The notes: generated from the sequence alone by a model not told the origin. Shown: positions 37,569 through 46,596, counted from the stretch's first letter. The stretch: DNA of 64,000 nucleotides from a virus (IMGVR_UViG_3300040771_000130:38195-102194), one strand, 5' to 3'. A program made the numbers and translations.

Positions 37569-37799
37569 AATTAAATCACCTAAGTAGTGGCGTTAATATA
37601 TTTTATTATTTCTTAATTTTGTATCTAGTTACATTACTGTCGTGTCCATATAATAATATAATAAAGATTAACTTCTACAAATTTTGTTATTATAATGATA
37701 TTAAAGAACTACATTATTACTTATAAATAAGCTTCTTGAACTGTCTGTTTAATTAGAATAACTCATTCCTAGCCATTTTAAGGATTAGGTGATTTAATT
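37569..37799. repeat. 16-bp perfect inverted repeats (AATTAAATCACCTAA / TTAGGTGATTTAATT) bracketing a ~200-bp AT-rich ORF-free spacer
   Basis: Left arm 37569..37583 and right arm 37785..37799 are exact reverse complements. Everything between the two flanking minus-strand genes lies inside the repeats. Confidence 0.6.
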
Positions 37800-37810
37800 T
37801 AGTTTATTAT

Positions 37811-38122
37811 TTATTCACAAAGTTTGATATATTTTTCAATTTTGTTTTTTGAATTTGATAATTTTCCAAACATAATTCCAGAATTACCATTAACTAAACC
37901 TTTAACTGTTAAAGCGTCATCTTTTAATGTATCTTTAACTTTGGTAATATAATTTGATACAGCAGTATCTTTATTACTTTTACTTAACTCTAATAATTGA
38001 TTATATCTCTTAATATGTATAATTTCAAGTTTTAGAATAGCTTCAAGAGAGTCATCTTTAGAATCAATTCCATCACAAGATATTGACAATAATATTACTG
38101 ATAACAACAATAACTTTTTCAT
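37811..38122 (-). CDS. small lipoprotein
   Basis: Signal peptide with lipobox 'LSISC' then a 'DGIDSKDD' linker. Confidence 0.5.
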   Translation of the reverse strand: MKKLLLLSVILLSISCDGIDSKDDSLEAILKLEIIHIKRYNQLLELSKSNKDTAVSNYITKVKDTLKDDALTVKGLVNGNSGIMFGKLSNSKNKIEKYIKLCE

Positions 38123-38123
38123 A

Positions 38124-38513
38124 TTATGTTAATTGAACATTAGCAATATTCATTCTAACTCTTTTGTTTTTTGACAAAGCATCCACAAATTGTTTTTGGA
38201 AATCAAATAAAGATTTATTAAACCCATCTAAATTAGATTTTTTAAACTCTTTGTAATCTCTTTTAGCAATTTTCTTTTCATTTTTAGTAAAATGAATTTC
38301 TTTTTCAACAATTATAGTTTCATCTGTATCAGAATCAACGGTGTAAGATATTGCACATTTATCCCAAGCAGTTTCTTGAAATATTTTGTGTAATTGTGAT
38401 TCATTTCTTCTACGACCTTTAATGTCAAAGAAAGCATCTTTTGTAATTGGTTGAGCAACTTTAGTACCGTTTTGTAATGTGTAAGTAACTGTTGTAAATT
38501 TTTCTGTGTTCAT
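38124..38513 (-). CDS. hypothetical protein
   Basis: 129-aa ORF, 1-nt spacing to the upstream gene. Confidence 0.5.
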   Translation of the reverse strand: MNTEKFTTVTYTLQNGTKVAQPITKDAFFDIKGRRRNESQLHKIFQETAWDKCAISYTVDSDTDETIIVEKEIHFTKNEKKIAKRDYKEFKKSNLDGFNKSLFDFQKQFVDALSKNKRVRMNIANVQLT

Positions 38514-38536
38514 AATGTTAAATTTTAATTAGTTAT

Positions 38537-38722
38537 TTAAATATTTGTTATTTTATTATAAATTGTTAATGTAGTTTCAATACAATCTACATGCGATTTG
38601 TTTTTTAATTCTATTGTACACTTTTTAAATGATAAATTTTCTGGCTTAATACTAGATATTTCATCAATGTTAATAATTGCATCACCATTAGGTGTTTTTA
38701 TTAATATTATATTTATCATAAT
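38537..38722 (-). CDS. small hypothetical protein (start moved to internal Met)
   Basis: The track ORF (38537..38800) would begin inside a terminator hairpin; the internal ATG at 38722 (MINIILIKTPNG...) is the more plausible start. Confidence 0.35.
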   Translation of the reverse strand: MMINIILIKTPNGDAIINIDEISSIKPENLSFKKCTIELKNKSHVDCIETTLTIYNKITNI

Positions 38723-38757
38723 GTTAATATTTAATTGTTTTAATTTGTTTTTAATAA

Positions 38758-38795
38758 AAACCACTAATACTAGACATATATTAGTGGTTTGTTTT
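38758..38795 (-). terminator. intrinsic terminator hairpin (strand-symmetric)
   Basis: CCACTAATA-(9 nt)-TATTAGTGG, a 9-bp perfect stem, flanked by T-runs on both strands. Confidence 0.5.
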
Positions 38796-38861
38796 TTCAC
38801 ACAACGAAGACTTATTATAGTGTGACTTTCTGCTAGGGTTTTTACCCACGTCCGTAGTTTA

Positions 38862-39000
38862 TTTTTTAATTGTATAATTTAATGTAATATAACATACTAA
38901 TCATTATACTCAATGTTAATAAAACAGTTGTTATAAATATATAATTAGGATGTTTTATTTCTGAATTTGAAATTATAAATTTTTCTATTTTATTTCTCAT
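38862..39000 (-). CDS. small membrane protein (46 aa)
   Basis: Minus-strand frame MRNKIEKFIISNSEIKHPNYIFITTVLLTLSIMISMLYYIKLYN starts 2 nt after the stop of 39003..39668 and ends before the terminator. Confidence 0.25.
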
Positions 39001-39002
39001 AA

Positions 39003-39668
39003 TTATAAATTTTTTTCAATCCATTTATTAAGACTTTTATCGTCAATTTTATTTATTGTATTGTCTGGATATTTTGTAACATAAATATCATAATTTTGAG
39101 CATATATTGATGCTTTTATTAAATTAATAACTTCTTCACGATTCCAACTATCTTTTAATTTCTTAATTGTAATAGTATTGTCTTTAGGATTTATTTTTAA
39201 TCTATTTAATATTTCAGGTTTAATCATCATAGGATTACCATAAAGATTTCCTTTAGTATAATTTTTATACTCGATTAATACATTAGCAATAACTTCACCT
39301 TTATTATAAGATTCAATATATTTTTCAATAAATTGTTGTGATGGTTGAGGAAATGCCGCAAATGTACCAATACCAACAACTTTTTTTAATGAAGTATCTG
39401 TTGTAGCTATGATTTTTTTATCTGTACTTTTATACAATTCTAAATTACCATCAGATATAAATAATATATTATGAACAGTATCTAAACACCAATCACCTTT
39501 TTTTATTTCATTATCTGAAATAATATACAAATGATGATTTGTAAACATTGATAATGTATCATGTTTATTACTGTTACATACTAAATTATTAGTTTTTTTT
39601 GACAAACTAATGTTAGATAATACATTTGTTGGTAACATTATTACCTGAGCTCTTTTAAACTGTTCCAT
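39003..39668 (-). CDS. hypothetical protein
   Basis: 221-aa ORF. Confidence 0.5.
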   Translation of the reverse strand: MEQFKRAQVIMLPTNVLSNISLSKKTNNLVCNSNKHDTLSMFTNHHLYIISDNEIKKGDWCLDTVHNILFISDGNLELYKSTDKKIIATTDTSLKKVVGIGTFAAFPQPSQQFIEKYIESYNKGEVIANVLIEYKNYTKGNLYGNPMMIKPEILNRLKINPKDNTITIKKLKDSWNREEVINLIKASIYAQNYDIYVTKYPDNTINKIDDKSLNKWIEKNL

Positions 39669-39927
39669 GACATTTGTTTTTAAGATTATACCATTTTTTA
39701 AATTCTTGAAAATTACAAGATATTAACCAACCATTATAAATAAATGGTTTATTATTACCCTTATAGTTTCTACTGTTTTCTTTTGAAAAATCTTTTAACC
39801 AATTCATATCTTTAGCAAAATCTAAAAATAATATGTTTAAATCTTTTTCTTTACTATATTGATAGTTTTGTTTATCTAGCCAATTTTTAACACCAACATA
39901 ACTTCTAAGTTTATCTACAACATTCAT
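39655..39927 (-). CDS. hypothetical protein
   Basis: 90-aa ORF overlapping the downstream gene by 14 nt. Confidence 0.45.
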   Translation of the reverse strand: MNVVDKLRSYVGVKNWLDKQNYQYSKEKDLNILFLDFAKDMNWLKDFSKENSRNYKGNNKPFIYNGWLISCNFQEFKKWYNLKNKCHGTV

Positions 39928-40365
39928 TTAATTAAGATTAAATTCATAACCAATCATAGCACTATTCGTACTATCATAAGAAAATACAAAGTTTCTATAT
40001 TGTATTTGAGCACCAACAGATCTGTAAATATTCTGAGCTTCTTTAACATTGTTAATGTTTTGGTCAAAATATGTAGCACCTAATTTACCTGTAACAGTAA
40101 AATCATCAATTGTAGCACCTATTAATAAAAATAATGATGGTGATACTTTTGTATTAGCTGTGTGAACTGTAAATGGTTTTGGGTCCATTCTAGTAGCTCT
40201 ATCAGCTATTTCTTTAGAATCTGTAATTGATGTAGCTACACCAAAATTAAAATTACCTTTTGTTTTGAAATTTAATTCAAATGATTTATAACCTACTAAT
40301 GTGGTTATACTTTGTTGACTAAATCCTATTATAGGAAATAGTAATAATATTAATAACTTTTTCAT
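39928..40365 (-). CDS. small outer-membrane beta-barrel protein (OmpX/Lom-like size class)
   Basis: Signal peptide 'MKKLLILLLFPIIGFSQQ' (Bacteroidetes style). The mature ~125 aa part has alternating hydrophobic/aromatic beta-strand periodicity and a terminal 'YEFNLN'. Confidence 0.45.
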   Translation of the reverse strand: MKKLLILLLFPIIGFSQQSITTLVGYKSFELNFKTKGNFNFGVATSITDSKEIADRATRMDPKPFTVHTANTKVSPSLFLLIGATIDDFTVTGKLGATYFDQNINNVKEAQNIYRSVGAQIQYRNFVFSYDSTNSAMIGYEFNLN

Positions 40366-40935
40366 AATTAGTTTGTTTTAGTTTTGTTTTGTTTTATACC
40401 CTCTGTATTCAGTCGTAAAAATAGTAATCATATAGTATAAGCTTATTGTTTAATGGAATTTAATCCAGCTATTTCAGAGATTGTAAATTGTATGGTACAT
40501 ACTAGCATCTCTACATCTATTTTTACAACTGCTAACCCTTGGGAAGTTAGAATGATACATTATTATGCTAGTTACACAACCATATCTAGCAGACATCATT
40601 TACGTTGAACCATGTTTTAACATTGTGTTTATACTCAAAGGGCTGATGACTATATTTTAAAAAATCACTTGTCCATATCTAGTGGAATATTATTAGATAG
40701 TTAAAAACTCATCTAGGCTAATGTTAAGATTTAATACCGTCTAACGGAACATTAGTTATTTACGTTTTGCTAAATCAATATCTTTACATATTAAACACAA
40801 CTGCTAGTACAGTTTAATAATCTATAAATACATTTTCAACATCAACATTGTTTATTAACAAAGTGTACTACAGTATTTATTTAAAGGAATATAGATTATT
40901 GTTTATTTTCAAGCAAGCGATCTTAATTATTTAAT

Positions 40936-41406
40936 TTAACGTTTAGACGATTTGTTAGGACGTGATGAACTATTTGAATAAGAGTTTCTATTATTACGAC
41001 TTGTAAAATAATTATTTCTTGAAGGTTTTTTATTAGTATTATTATAAGAATTTCTATTTTGATTAGAATTTTTATTAATACTATTTCTTTTAGCAATTTG
41101 ATAACGTCTTACTTGTTCTTGACGTTGACGTTTTAAATACTTTTGTCGTTTAATGTAATCATATTTTTTGTTAAGATATTGATTACGTTGTGTAACAGAC
41201 ATTGTTTGACCGTTTCTATTGTAATAGTTATGGTTAGTTGAATTGTAATAACCACCACCATTATCTATATATGGTTGATTATCATTCCAATCATTACTAT
41301 ATTGAGAATATGGAATTTGTTGATTAATTGGTTGTGTACGATTTGTACATGAAGCAATTGAGGCAATTGCAAATGCTAAAAGTATTACTCTTGATTTTGA
41401 TTTCAT
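40936..41406 (-). CDS. low-complexity N/Y/R/S-rich lipoprotein
   Basis: Lipobox 'IASC' after the signal peptide; the mature part is dominated by N, Y, R, S, Q repeats. Confidence 0.45.
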   Translation of the reverse strand: MKSKSRVILLAFAIASIASCTNRTQPINQQIPYSQYSNDWNDNQPYIDNGGGYYNSTNHNYYNRNGQTMSVTQRNQYLNKKYDYIKRQKYLKRQRQEQVRRYQIAKRNSINKNSNQNRNSYNNTNKKPSRNNYFTSRNNRNSYSNSSSRPNKSSKR

Positions 41407-41422
41407 AACAATTTAATTTTGG

Positions 41423-41557
41423 TTATTTATTGGTTTTTCTGTTTTTGACATTACTTAGATCTTTACCAGTTTTATTGTAATAAATTCTTTTTTCTATTAA
41501 AGAACCTATTATAATACCTATTAACAAAGTAAAGAACGATGTTATTATTGTTTCCAT
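41423..41557 (-). CDS. small membrane peptide (44 aa)
   Basis: Frame METIITSFFTLLIGIIIGSLIEKRIYYNKTGKDLSNVKNRKTNK, a single TM with a basic tail, directly downstream of 40936..41406's upstream region. Confidence 0.25.
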   Translation of the reverse strand: METIITSFFTLLIGIIIGSLIEKRIYYNKTGKDLSNVKNRKTNK

Positions 41558-41567
41558 AATATATAAT

Positions 41568-41747
41568 TTATTCAAATAATATTACAGTAATAACATATAT
41601 TACAAATAATACATAACCATATGCTACGGCAATACCTGATTTGCCACTACTGTTTGGAGTTTTTACAATCCAATTGTGAAATGTGTGACTAATAATTAAT
41701 GTGAATAATAGTATTGTTAACACTATTGATGTGATTGAAATTGTCAT
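41568..41747 (-). CDS. small membrane protein (59 aa)
   Basis: Frame MTISITSIVLTILLFTLIISHTFHNWIVKTPNSSGKSGIAVAYGYVLFVIYVITVILFE with two TM segments; just under the track cutoff. Confidence 0.3.
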   Translation of the reverse strand: MTISITSIVLTILLFTLIISHTFHNWIVKTPNSSGKSGIAVAYGYVLFVIYVITVILFE

Positions 41748-42591
41748 AATGTAAATTGTTTAGTTAATTAGTTAATATTTTGTAATAAATTGTGTGTGAT
41801 AGTATGTAGAATAACTTAATTTAATTAGTTATAATATGTTTGTAAACGCTATAGATTTTATAACGGAATGAATATTTGTGTGTGTGAGTTTAGTGTAATA
41901 TGATGGGATTATTAATTAGTAAGTATTCACCATCTCAACAAATACGCCACTTCACAAAGGTTTTAATAAAATAATAGTAGTTAACTGTCTTACGCATCTA
42001 GACGATTTCCTTACGAATAAAGAATATGTGGATTTGAACCACTATTTTTTAACTACTATCATAATTAAATATTTACTCACTAAATATTAGCACCCTCTTT
42101 CTCATACAAACTTCTCTGCCGCAGCTTTACATTTAAGTTAGATTGGTTAAACAAGAGTAGGGTCACGTAGTTAACCTCATTCGAAATAATCCTGACGAAC
42201 TAAATCAACATAATCTACTTGCTGAGGACTCATTTGTGTTGGATAGAATGAATTTTCCTTAGACTACCTCTTATTTCAAGTATTACTTTCTCAAGGTAAC
42301 AACACATCTACCATTACTGATAGTATCTTTATGATGTGATTTAACGTGTATCATTCATCAATGGATCAATGTTTAGCCAATTTAATTGTAATTAAAGTTT
42401 TAACAGTAAACATGTTTCTTAAACACATATCAATCGTTATTCGATACTTATTTATTTACTATTATTAAACTTTTAATTAAAACTTATTATAACTAATTAT
42501 ATGATTTACTCTAATCGTAGATTATTTCAAAGATTTAAACAATCAAACGCCACAATGGCTAATTAATCATTACACATAATTAGTTATTCTA

Positions 42592-42624
42592 AGTCAAAAA
42601 AATATAAGGACTCCGAAGAGTCCC
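42592..42624 (-). terminator. strong intrinsic terminator (minus strand)
   Basis: GGACTC-TTCG-GAGTCC, a 6-bp GC-rich stem with a tetraloop, is followed on the minus strand by a U-rich tract (UUAUAUUUUUUU), immediately 3' of the 42631 stop. Confidence 0.7.
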
Positions 42625-42630
42625 TATAGA

Positions 42631-43008
42631 TTACGGTTGTGCATTAACAGTCACATCATCGAATACAAGACCAAAGTCTTCTTCAGTAGCGTTGTTACCA
42701 CCTGCAACAAGGTGAGATGTTCTGATGTACATTTTACCGTCATCACCTTTAGATACGGTAGATAGGAATTCTTCACCAACTTGCATACCGTGATTAAACG
42801 ATTTAGCAAAGATTTGTGTAGTAATACCTTTTTTCAATTCACCATTAGCATTGATGAAATCAATAGTACCTAAGTAATAAGTATTCTCCATACCTGATGC
42901 ATTGGTATAAGTTTGTGGAGATGTAGTATTAATAGCTACTAATTTAGCTGGAAAATTGTACTCAGTTTTACCTGTAACAGGATTTACGATTGCTTTGAAA
43001 TTTGACAT
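42631..43008 (-). CDS. hypothetical protein; first gene of the leftward (early) arm
   Basis: 125-aa ORF with GC content visibly above the genome background (non-AT codons such as ACC, GGT, GAC), sitting between the divergent promoter region and a strong terminator. Confidence 0.6.
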   Translation of the reverse strand: MSNFKAIVNPVTGKTEYNFPAKLVAINTTSPQTYTNASGMENTYYLGTIDFINANGELKKGITTQIFAKSFNHGMQVGEEFLSTVSKGDDGKMYIRTSHLVAGGNNATEEDFGLVFDDVTVNAQP

Positions 43009-43564
43009 AACGTTTAGTATTTAGATTATAGGAATATACACCCGAGTATACTCCCAAAATTTGAAAAGAGTGGGGTGTGAATTATATCTTATTTAACATA
43101 CTCGATAAAAAATAATTTTACAAAAAAATTTTCCGTAAAAAAAATTACACTACTATATACATAAACGCTATAGGTAAATAACATTTTATTAAAAATAATT
43201 GATAAAACATTAGGAATTTACAAATAAATGTTGTATCTTTGTAGTATTACAAAATAAAACTACATACTCTATTATGAAAGAGGCTCTGCTGGACACCCTA
43301 AATTGGCACCAGTATCTGAGGGTTTAATAGAGATTGATTCCTAATCGCTCCCAACCATTCAAGTTTATAGATTGATTTAACAAATAGTGTTACGAACTAA
43401 AAATGCTTTCTTAAAAGTAGTTAAATCTGGGTTAGACGCACTGTCTATAATACAAGAAGAAGTTAAAATAAACGGTTTATACGAAATATATCAATTCGTA
43501 TATAGGGGATCTTATATCTAAGAGTTAGATATTAAATATGTAGATTAATTATAATTTATATATA

Positions 43565-44140
43565 ATGGTCTATTTTATTTCTGATGGTACCTATACCAAA
43601 ATAGGAAAAAGTAATAATCCTCATAGTAGGATTAAGGATTTACAAACAAGTAATCCTAATGAGTTAAAATTTGTTTACATATTTGATTGTAAAGATTATT
43701 GGGAGAAAAAGTTACATACACTTTTAAAACATTATAATTGTAAAGCTAAAAATGAATGGTTTGATTTACGTATGTGTAATTTAGAAGAACATATTAAAAT
43801 ATTAAACTGCTCTACACTACAAGATTTAAATTTAGCAAAGTTTAAAGCAACTCAACTAAATAATCAATTTTATAAAGGAGATGTTCATACAGGTGAATCT
43901 AGAAAAAATAAAATTGATAATTTATATGGAGCTAAGAATAAAGATAAACATAGAAAACTAAGATTACAATTAATTGATGAAATTAAATCACACCTATTCA
44001 AATTAAAAAATAAAATAATATCTTATGATTATTATGTTAAGAAATATGGGTTTACTAAAAATGAAATATCTTTTTTTATGAAAGGGTGTAAATTAAGTAA
44101 AGCTATTTACGAACACAACAAAAAAGTATATAAGGATTAA
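43565..44140 (+). CDS. T5orf172 (Mug113-type, GIY-YIG-like) domain protein
   Basis: N-terminal 'MVYFISDGTYTKIGKSNNPHSRIKDLQTSNP' fits the T5orf172 pattern (vY.i....yiKIGit.n...Rl..lq...p). Confidence 0.5.
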   Translation: MVYFISDGTYTKIGKSNNPHSRIKDLQTSNPNELKFVYIFDCKDYWEKKLHTLLKHYNCKAKNEWFDLRMCNLEEHIKILNCSTLQDLNLAKFKATQLNNQFYKGDVHTGESRKNKIDNLYGAKNKDKHRKLRLQLIDEIKSHLFKLKNKIISYDYYVKKYGFTKNEISFFMKGCKLSKAIYEHNKKVYKD

Positions 44141-44285
44141 ATATATAACCCACTATTTCTTAGTATTTAGTGGGTTTTTTTATGTTTAAAAATTTATTTA
44201 AAACTTTTTTAAAAATAATTCACTTTTTATTAGGAATTGTCATTTATATTTACTATCTTTGTATAGAATTTAAAAATAAGATAAA

Positions 44286-44570
44286 ATGTTTATAAATATA
44301 CAAGAAAAATACAACGAAATCCAACAACATATCATAACTAATCAAAAAGATATTTTTAACCTATATAACTATTATACTAAGTTATGGAAAGGTGACAGAT
44401 TAAATGATGTAAATGTAGGGTTATTTTTAGGAGATGGTAATATACCTACAGCACAAATATTTGTTAGAAATAAGACAGGTTATATTAAGTCTCATGTACA
44501 GTTTAATAGATCTGGAGATACTATTACTAATGTTAAAACTTTAAACACAACTTTTAATGAATTAGATTAA
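44286..44570 (+). CDS. hypothetical protein
   Basis: 94-aa ORF on the rightward arm. Confidence 0.45.
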   Translation: MFINIQEKYNEIQQHIITNQKDIFNLYNYYTKLWKGDRLNDVNVGLFLGDGNIPTAQIFVRNKTGYIKSHVQFNRSGDTITNVKTLNTTFNELD

Positions 44571-44661
44571 TAAAAATGAATTTGATTTAAATAAAGAACT
44601 TGATAATTTAAAAATATTAAAATTTAGAAGAAGCAATAATTTTGTAAAACATATTATAATA

Positions 44662-44805
44662 ATGGAAGAAATTAATAAAAAAAATAATCCTAAATATTTA
44701 GAATACTGGAGAAATATATTTCCAGATAAAACTGATTTAGAATTAGAAGAATATAAAACTAGATGGAGTAATGAAAATCCTAAATATTTAAAATTTAAAA
44801 ATTTA
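44662..44805 (+). CDS. small hypothetical protein (47 aa) with 'NPKYL' repeat
   Basis: Plus-strand frame MEEINKKNNPKYLEYWRNIFPDKTDLELEEYKTRWSNENPKYLKFKNL. The opposing 84-aa minus ORF is low-complexity and judged spurious. Confidence 0.3.
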
Positions 44806-44810
44806 TAATA

Positions 44811-45053
44811 ATGCACACCTACAGTAAAAACGGATATAGAAAAGCAAATGTTTTAGATAAACTTAAAACTAAAAAACAAGTTAAAACATTTTATACTAAA
44901 TTAAGACAGATTAATGAATTATCTGATTATCTTAAAACATTAGAAGAACCTGTTACAGAAAATAATATTGATTCTATTGTACCAGAGTTAATTGGTAGAG
45001 ATTTAGATTCAATGGAGAAAAGTTTAATACTTAGTAGATTAAGTAATGAGTAA
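44811..45053 (+). CDS. hypothetical protein
   Basis: 80 aa; starts 3 nt after the previous stop. Confidence 0.45.
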   Translation: MHTYSKNGYRKANVLDKLKTKKQVKTFYTKLRQINELSDYLKTLEEPVTENNIDSIVPELIGRDLDSMEKSLILSRLSNE

Positions 45054-45252
45054 AGAAATATTTAAATATGGTCATCATGTTACAAAAGAAATGATTGACG
45101 AAGTTTTAAATGACATATATAAATCTAAAGTTAATAGAGAAAGAGAATTTAAATTTCGTGTATTTTTTAATAATCAAAAACAAGCTGATGATTGGATGAA
45201 AATGTTTAATAATCTTTTAAAAGAAGAAATTAAAAATAAATATAATGAGTAA
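45046..45252 (+). CDS. hypothetical protein
   Basis: 68 aa; 8-nt overlap with the upstream gene. Confidence 0.45.
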   Translation: MSKEIFKYGHHVTKEMIDEVLNDIYKSKVNREREFKFRVFFNNQKQADDWMKMFNNLLKEEIKNKYNE

Positions 45253-45526
45253 AGAAATAACACTAAATAATATTTATAACTTTATAGAAGGTAATACAAG
45301 GTTATTTACACATAGTTTACAACCTAAACACATTAAACAACAAATAGCATATAGAATGTTATTATGTGAAGATGATTGTGCTAAAAATGGAGAATGTGTT
45401 AAATGTGGTTGTGATTATCCTGGAAGAGTATATTCAACTGAATCATGTAATCCTGAACGTTTTCCTAATCTAATGAGTGGTTTAGAATGGGAAGAATTTA
45501 AATTTAAAAATAATATAAATGATTAA
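45245..45526 (+). CDS. Cys-rich small protein
   Basis: 93 aa with 'CEDDCAKNGECVKCGCDYPGR' and a further Cys (seven Cys in 30 residues). Confidence 0.45.
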   Translation: MSKEITLNNIYNFIEGNTRLFTHSLQPKHIKQQIAYRMLLCEDDCAKNGECVKCGCDYPGRVYSTESCNPERFPNLMSGLEWEEFKFKNNIND

Positions 45527-45722
45527 AGAATATACAATATATGAAAAAGATTTAAAAACAGCATTAGATCATTTAGATACTTTTCAAACTAAAATGGAAT
45601 TGTTTACAGGTAAGTATCCTAGATTCTCTTACACTGTAAATGTTAATAAACAAGAAAATGGTTGGTTAGTACTATTAAATATTAAAACTAAAGATGAACA
45701 AAGAAATACTCAAACATTTTAA
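45519..45722 (+). CDS. hypothetical protein
   Basis: 67-aa ORF. Confidence 0.4.
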   Translation: MIKEYTIYEKDLKTALDHLDTFQTKMELFTGKYPRFSYTVNVNKQENGWLVLLNIKTKDEQRNTQTF

Positions 45723-46020
45723 CTCACAGTATAAGCATGTTGAGTACTACAATAAGATGACACCATTTCCGTTTTATGATACGGAATGGCAACAAAATAT
45801 AAAAGATAAAATAAATGAAATTATGGATAGTAAAAAAGACTACGACAAAGAACCAGTCTTTGCTTGTAAACACTGTGGTACATTAGTTGTACCTAATCAA
45901 TATGAAGTAGATGATGACGGTAATGAAATATGTCAACGATGTAATTCAGTAAATGAAGTTGTTGAATATAAAGATATATTTGAATACAATAAAGAACAAA
46001 AAATTAAACCTAAATATTAA
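45694..46020 (+). CDS. zinc-ribbon protein
   Basis: 108 aa with 'CKHCGT...(x17)...CQRCN'. Confidence 0.45.
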   Translation: MNKEILKHFNSQYKHVEYYNKMTPFPFYDTEWQQNIKDKINEIMDSKKDYDKEPVFACKHCGTLVVPNQYEVDDDGNEICQRCNSVNEVVEYKDIFEYNKEQKIKPKY

Positions 46021-46022
46021 TT

Positions 46023-46214
46023 ATGACAAAAGGAGAAGAAATTATTGGAAAATTCAACAGTGAAAATAGAACAGATGTTGACAATATTAAAGGAAAAGCA
46101 ATTGAGTTGATAAATTTAATTGATGCGTTAGGGAAAGATTCAAGAAGAAAATCTACTGCAATAACGGATATTGAAAAAGCTACAATGATGGCAGTTAAAT
46201 CTTTATTTATTTAA
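46023..46214 (+). CDS. hypothetical protein
   Basis: 63-aa ORF. Confidence 0.4.
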   Translation: MTKGEEIIGKFNSENRTDVDNIKGKAIELINLIDALGKDSRRKSTAITDIEKATMMAVKSLFI

Positions 46215-46215
46215 A

Positions 46216-46596
46216 ATGGATAATGTTAAAAACGCAACTATAAATGTAAAAGTTAAGAATTTTTTTTTAAGATATATTGAGTTTTTACAACCTTTTCATA
46301 AACTTCAGAAACAACAATATACTGTAGTAGCTTTGTTACTATACTATCATTATCAATTTTCTAAAGAGATTACTAATAATAAAATACTATGGAAAACAGT
46401 ATTTGATTACGATACTAAAATTTTAATTACAGATGAATTAGGTATTACTACACAAGGTTTAGAGAATATTTATACTAAACTTAGAAAAGCTAAAGTTATA
46501 ATTGACAACGAAATATCGTCAGTGTATATTCCTAAAATAGATAAAAAAAGTAAAACGTTTACTATTAATATTAATTTTAAAATTGTAGATGGATAA
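46216..46596 (+). CDS. hypothetical protein
   Basis: 126-aa ORF. Confidence 0.45.
   Translation: MDNVKNATINVKVKNFFLRYIEFLQPFHKLQKQQYTVVALLLYYHYQFSKEITNNKILWKTVFDYDTKILITDELGITTQGLENIYTKLRKAKVIIDNEISSVYIPKIDKKSKTFTININFKIVDG

Noticed and set aside
38598-38825. Plus-strand 75-aa ORF
   Set aside because: Antisense to a minus-strand gene and spans the terminator hairpin.
44562-44816. Minus-strand 84-aa ORF in the plus-strand arm
   Set aside because: Low-complexity Leu/Phe/Ser translation opposite a plausible plus-strand small gene (44662..44805); all neighbours are plus-strand.
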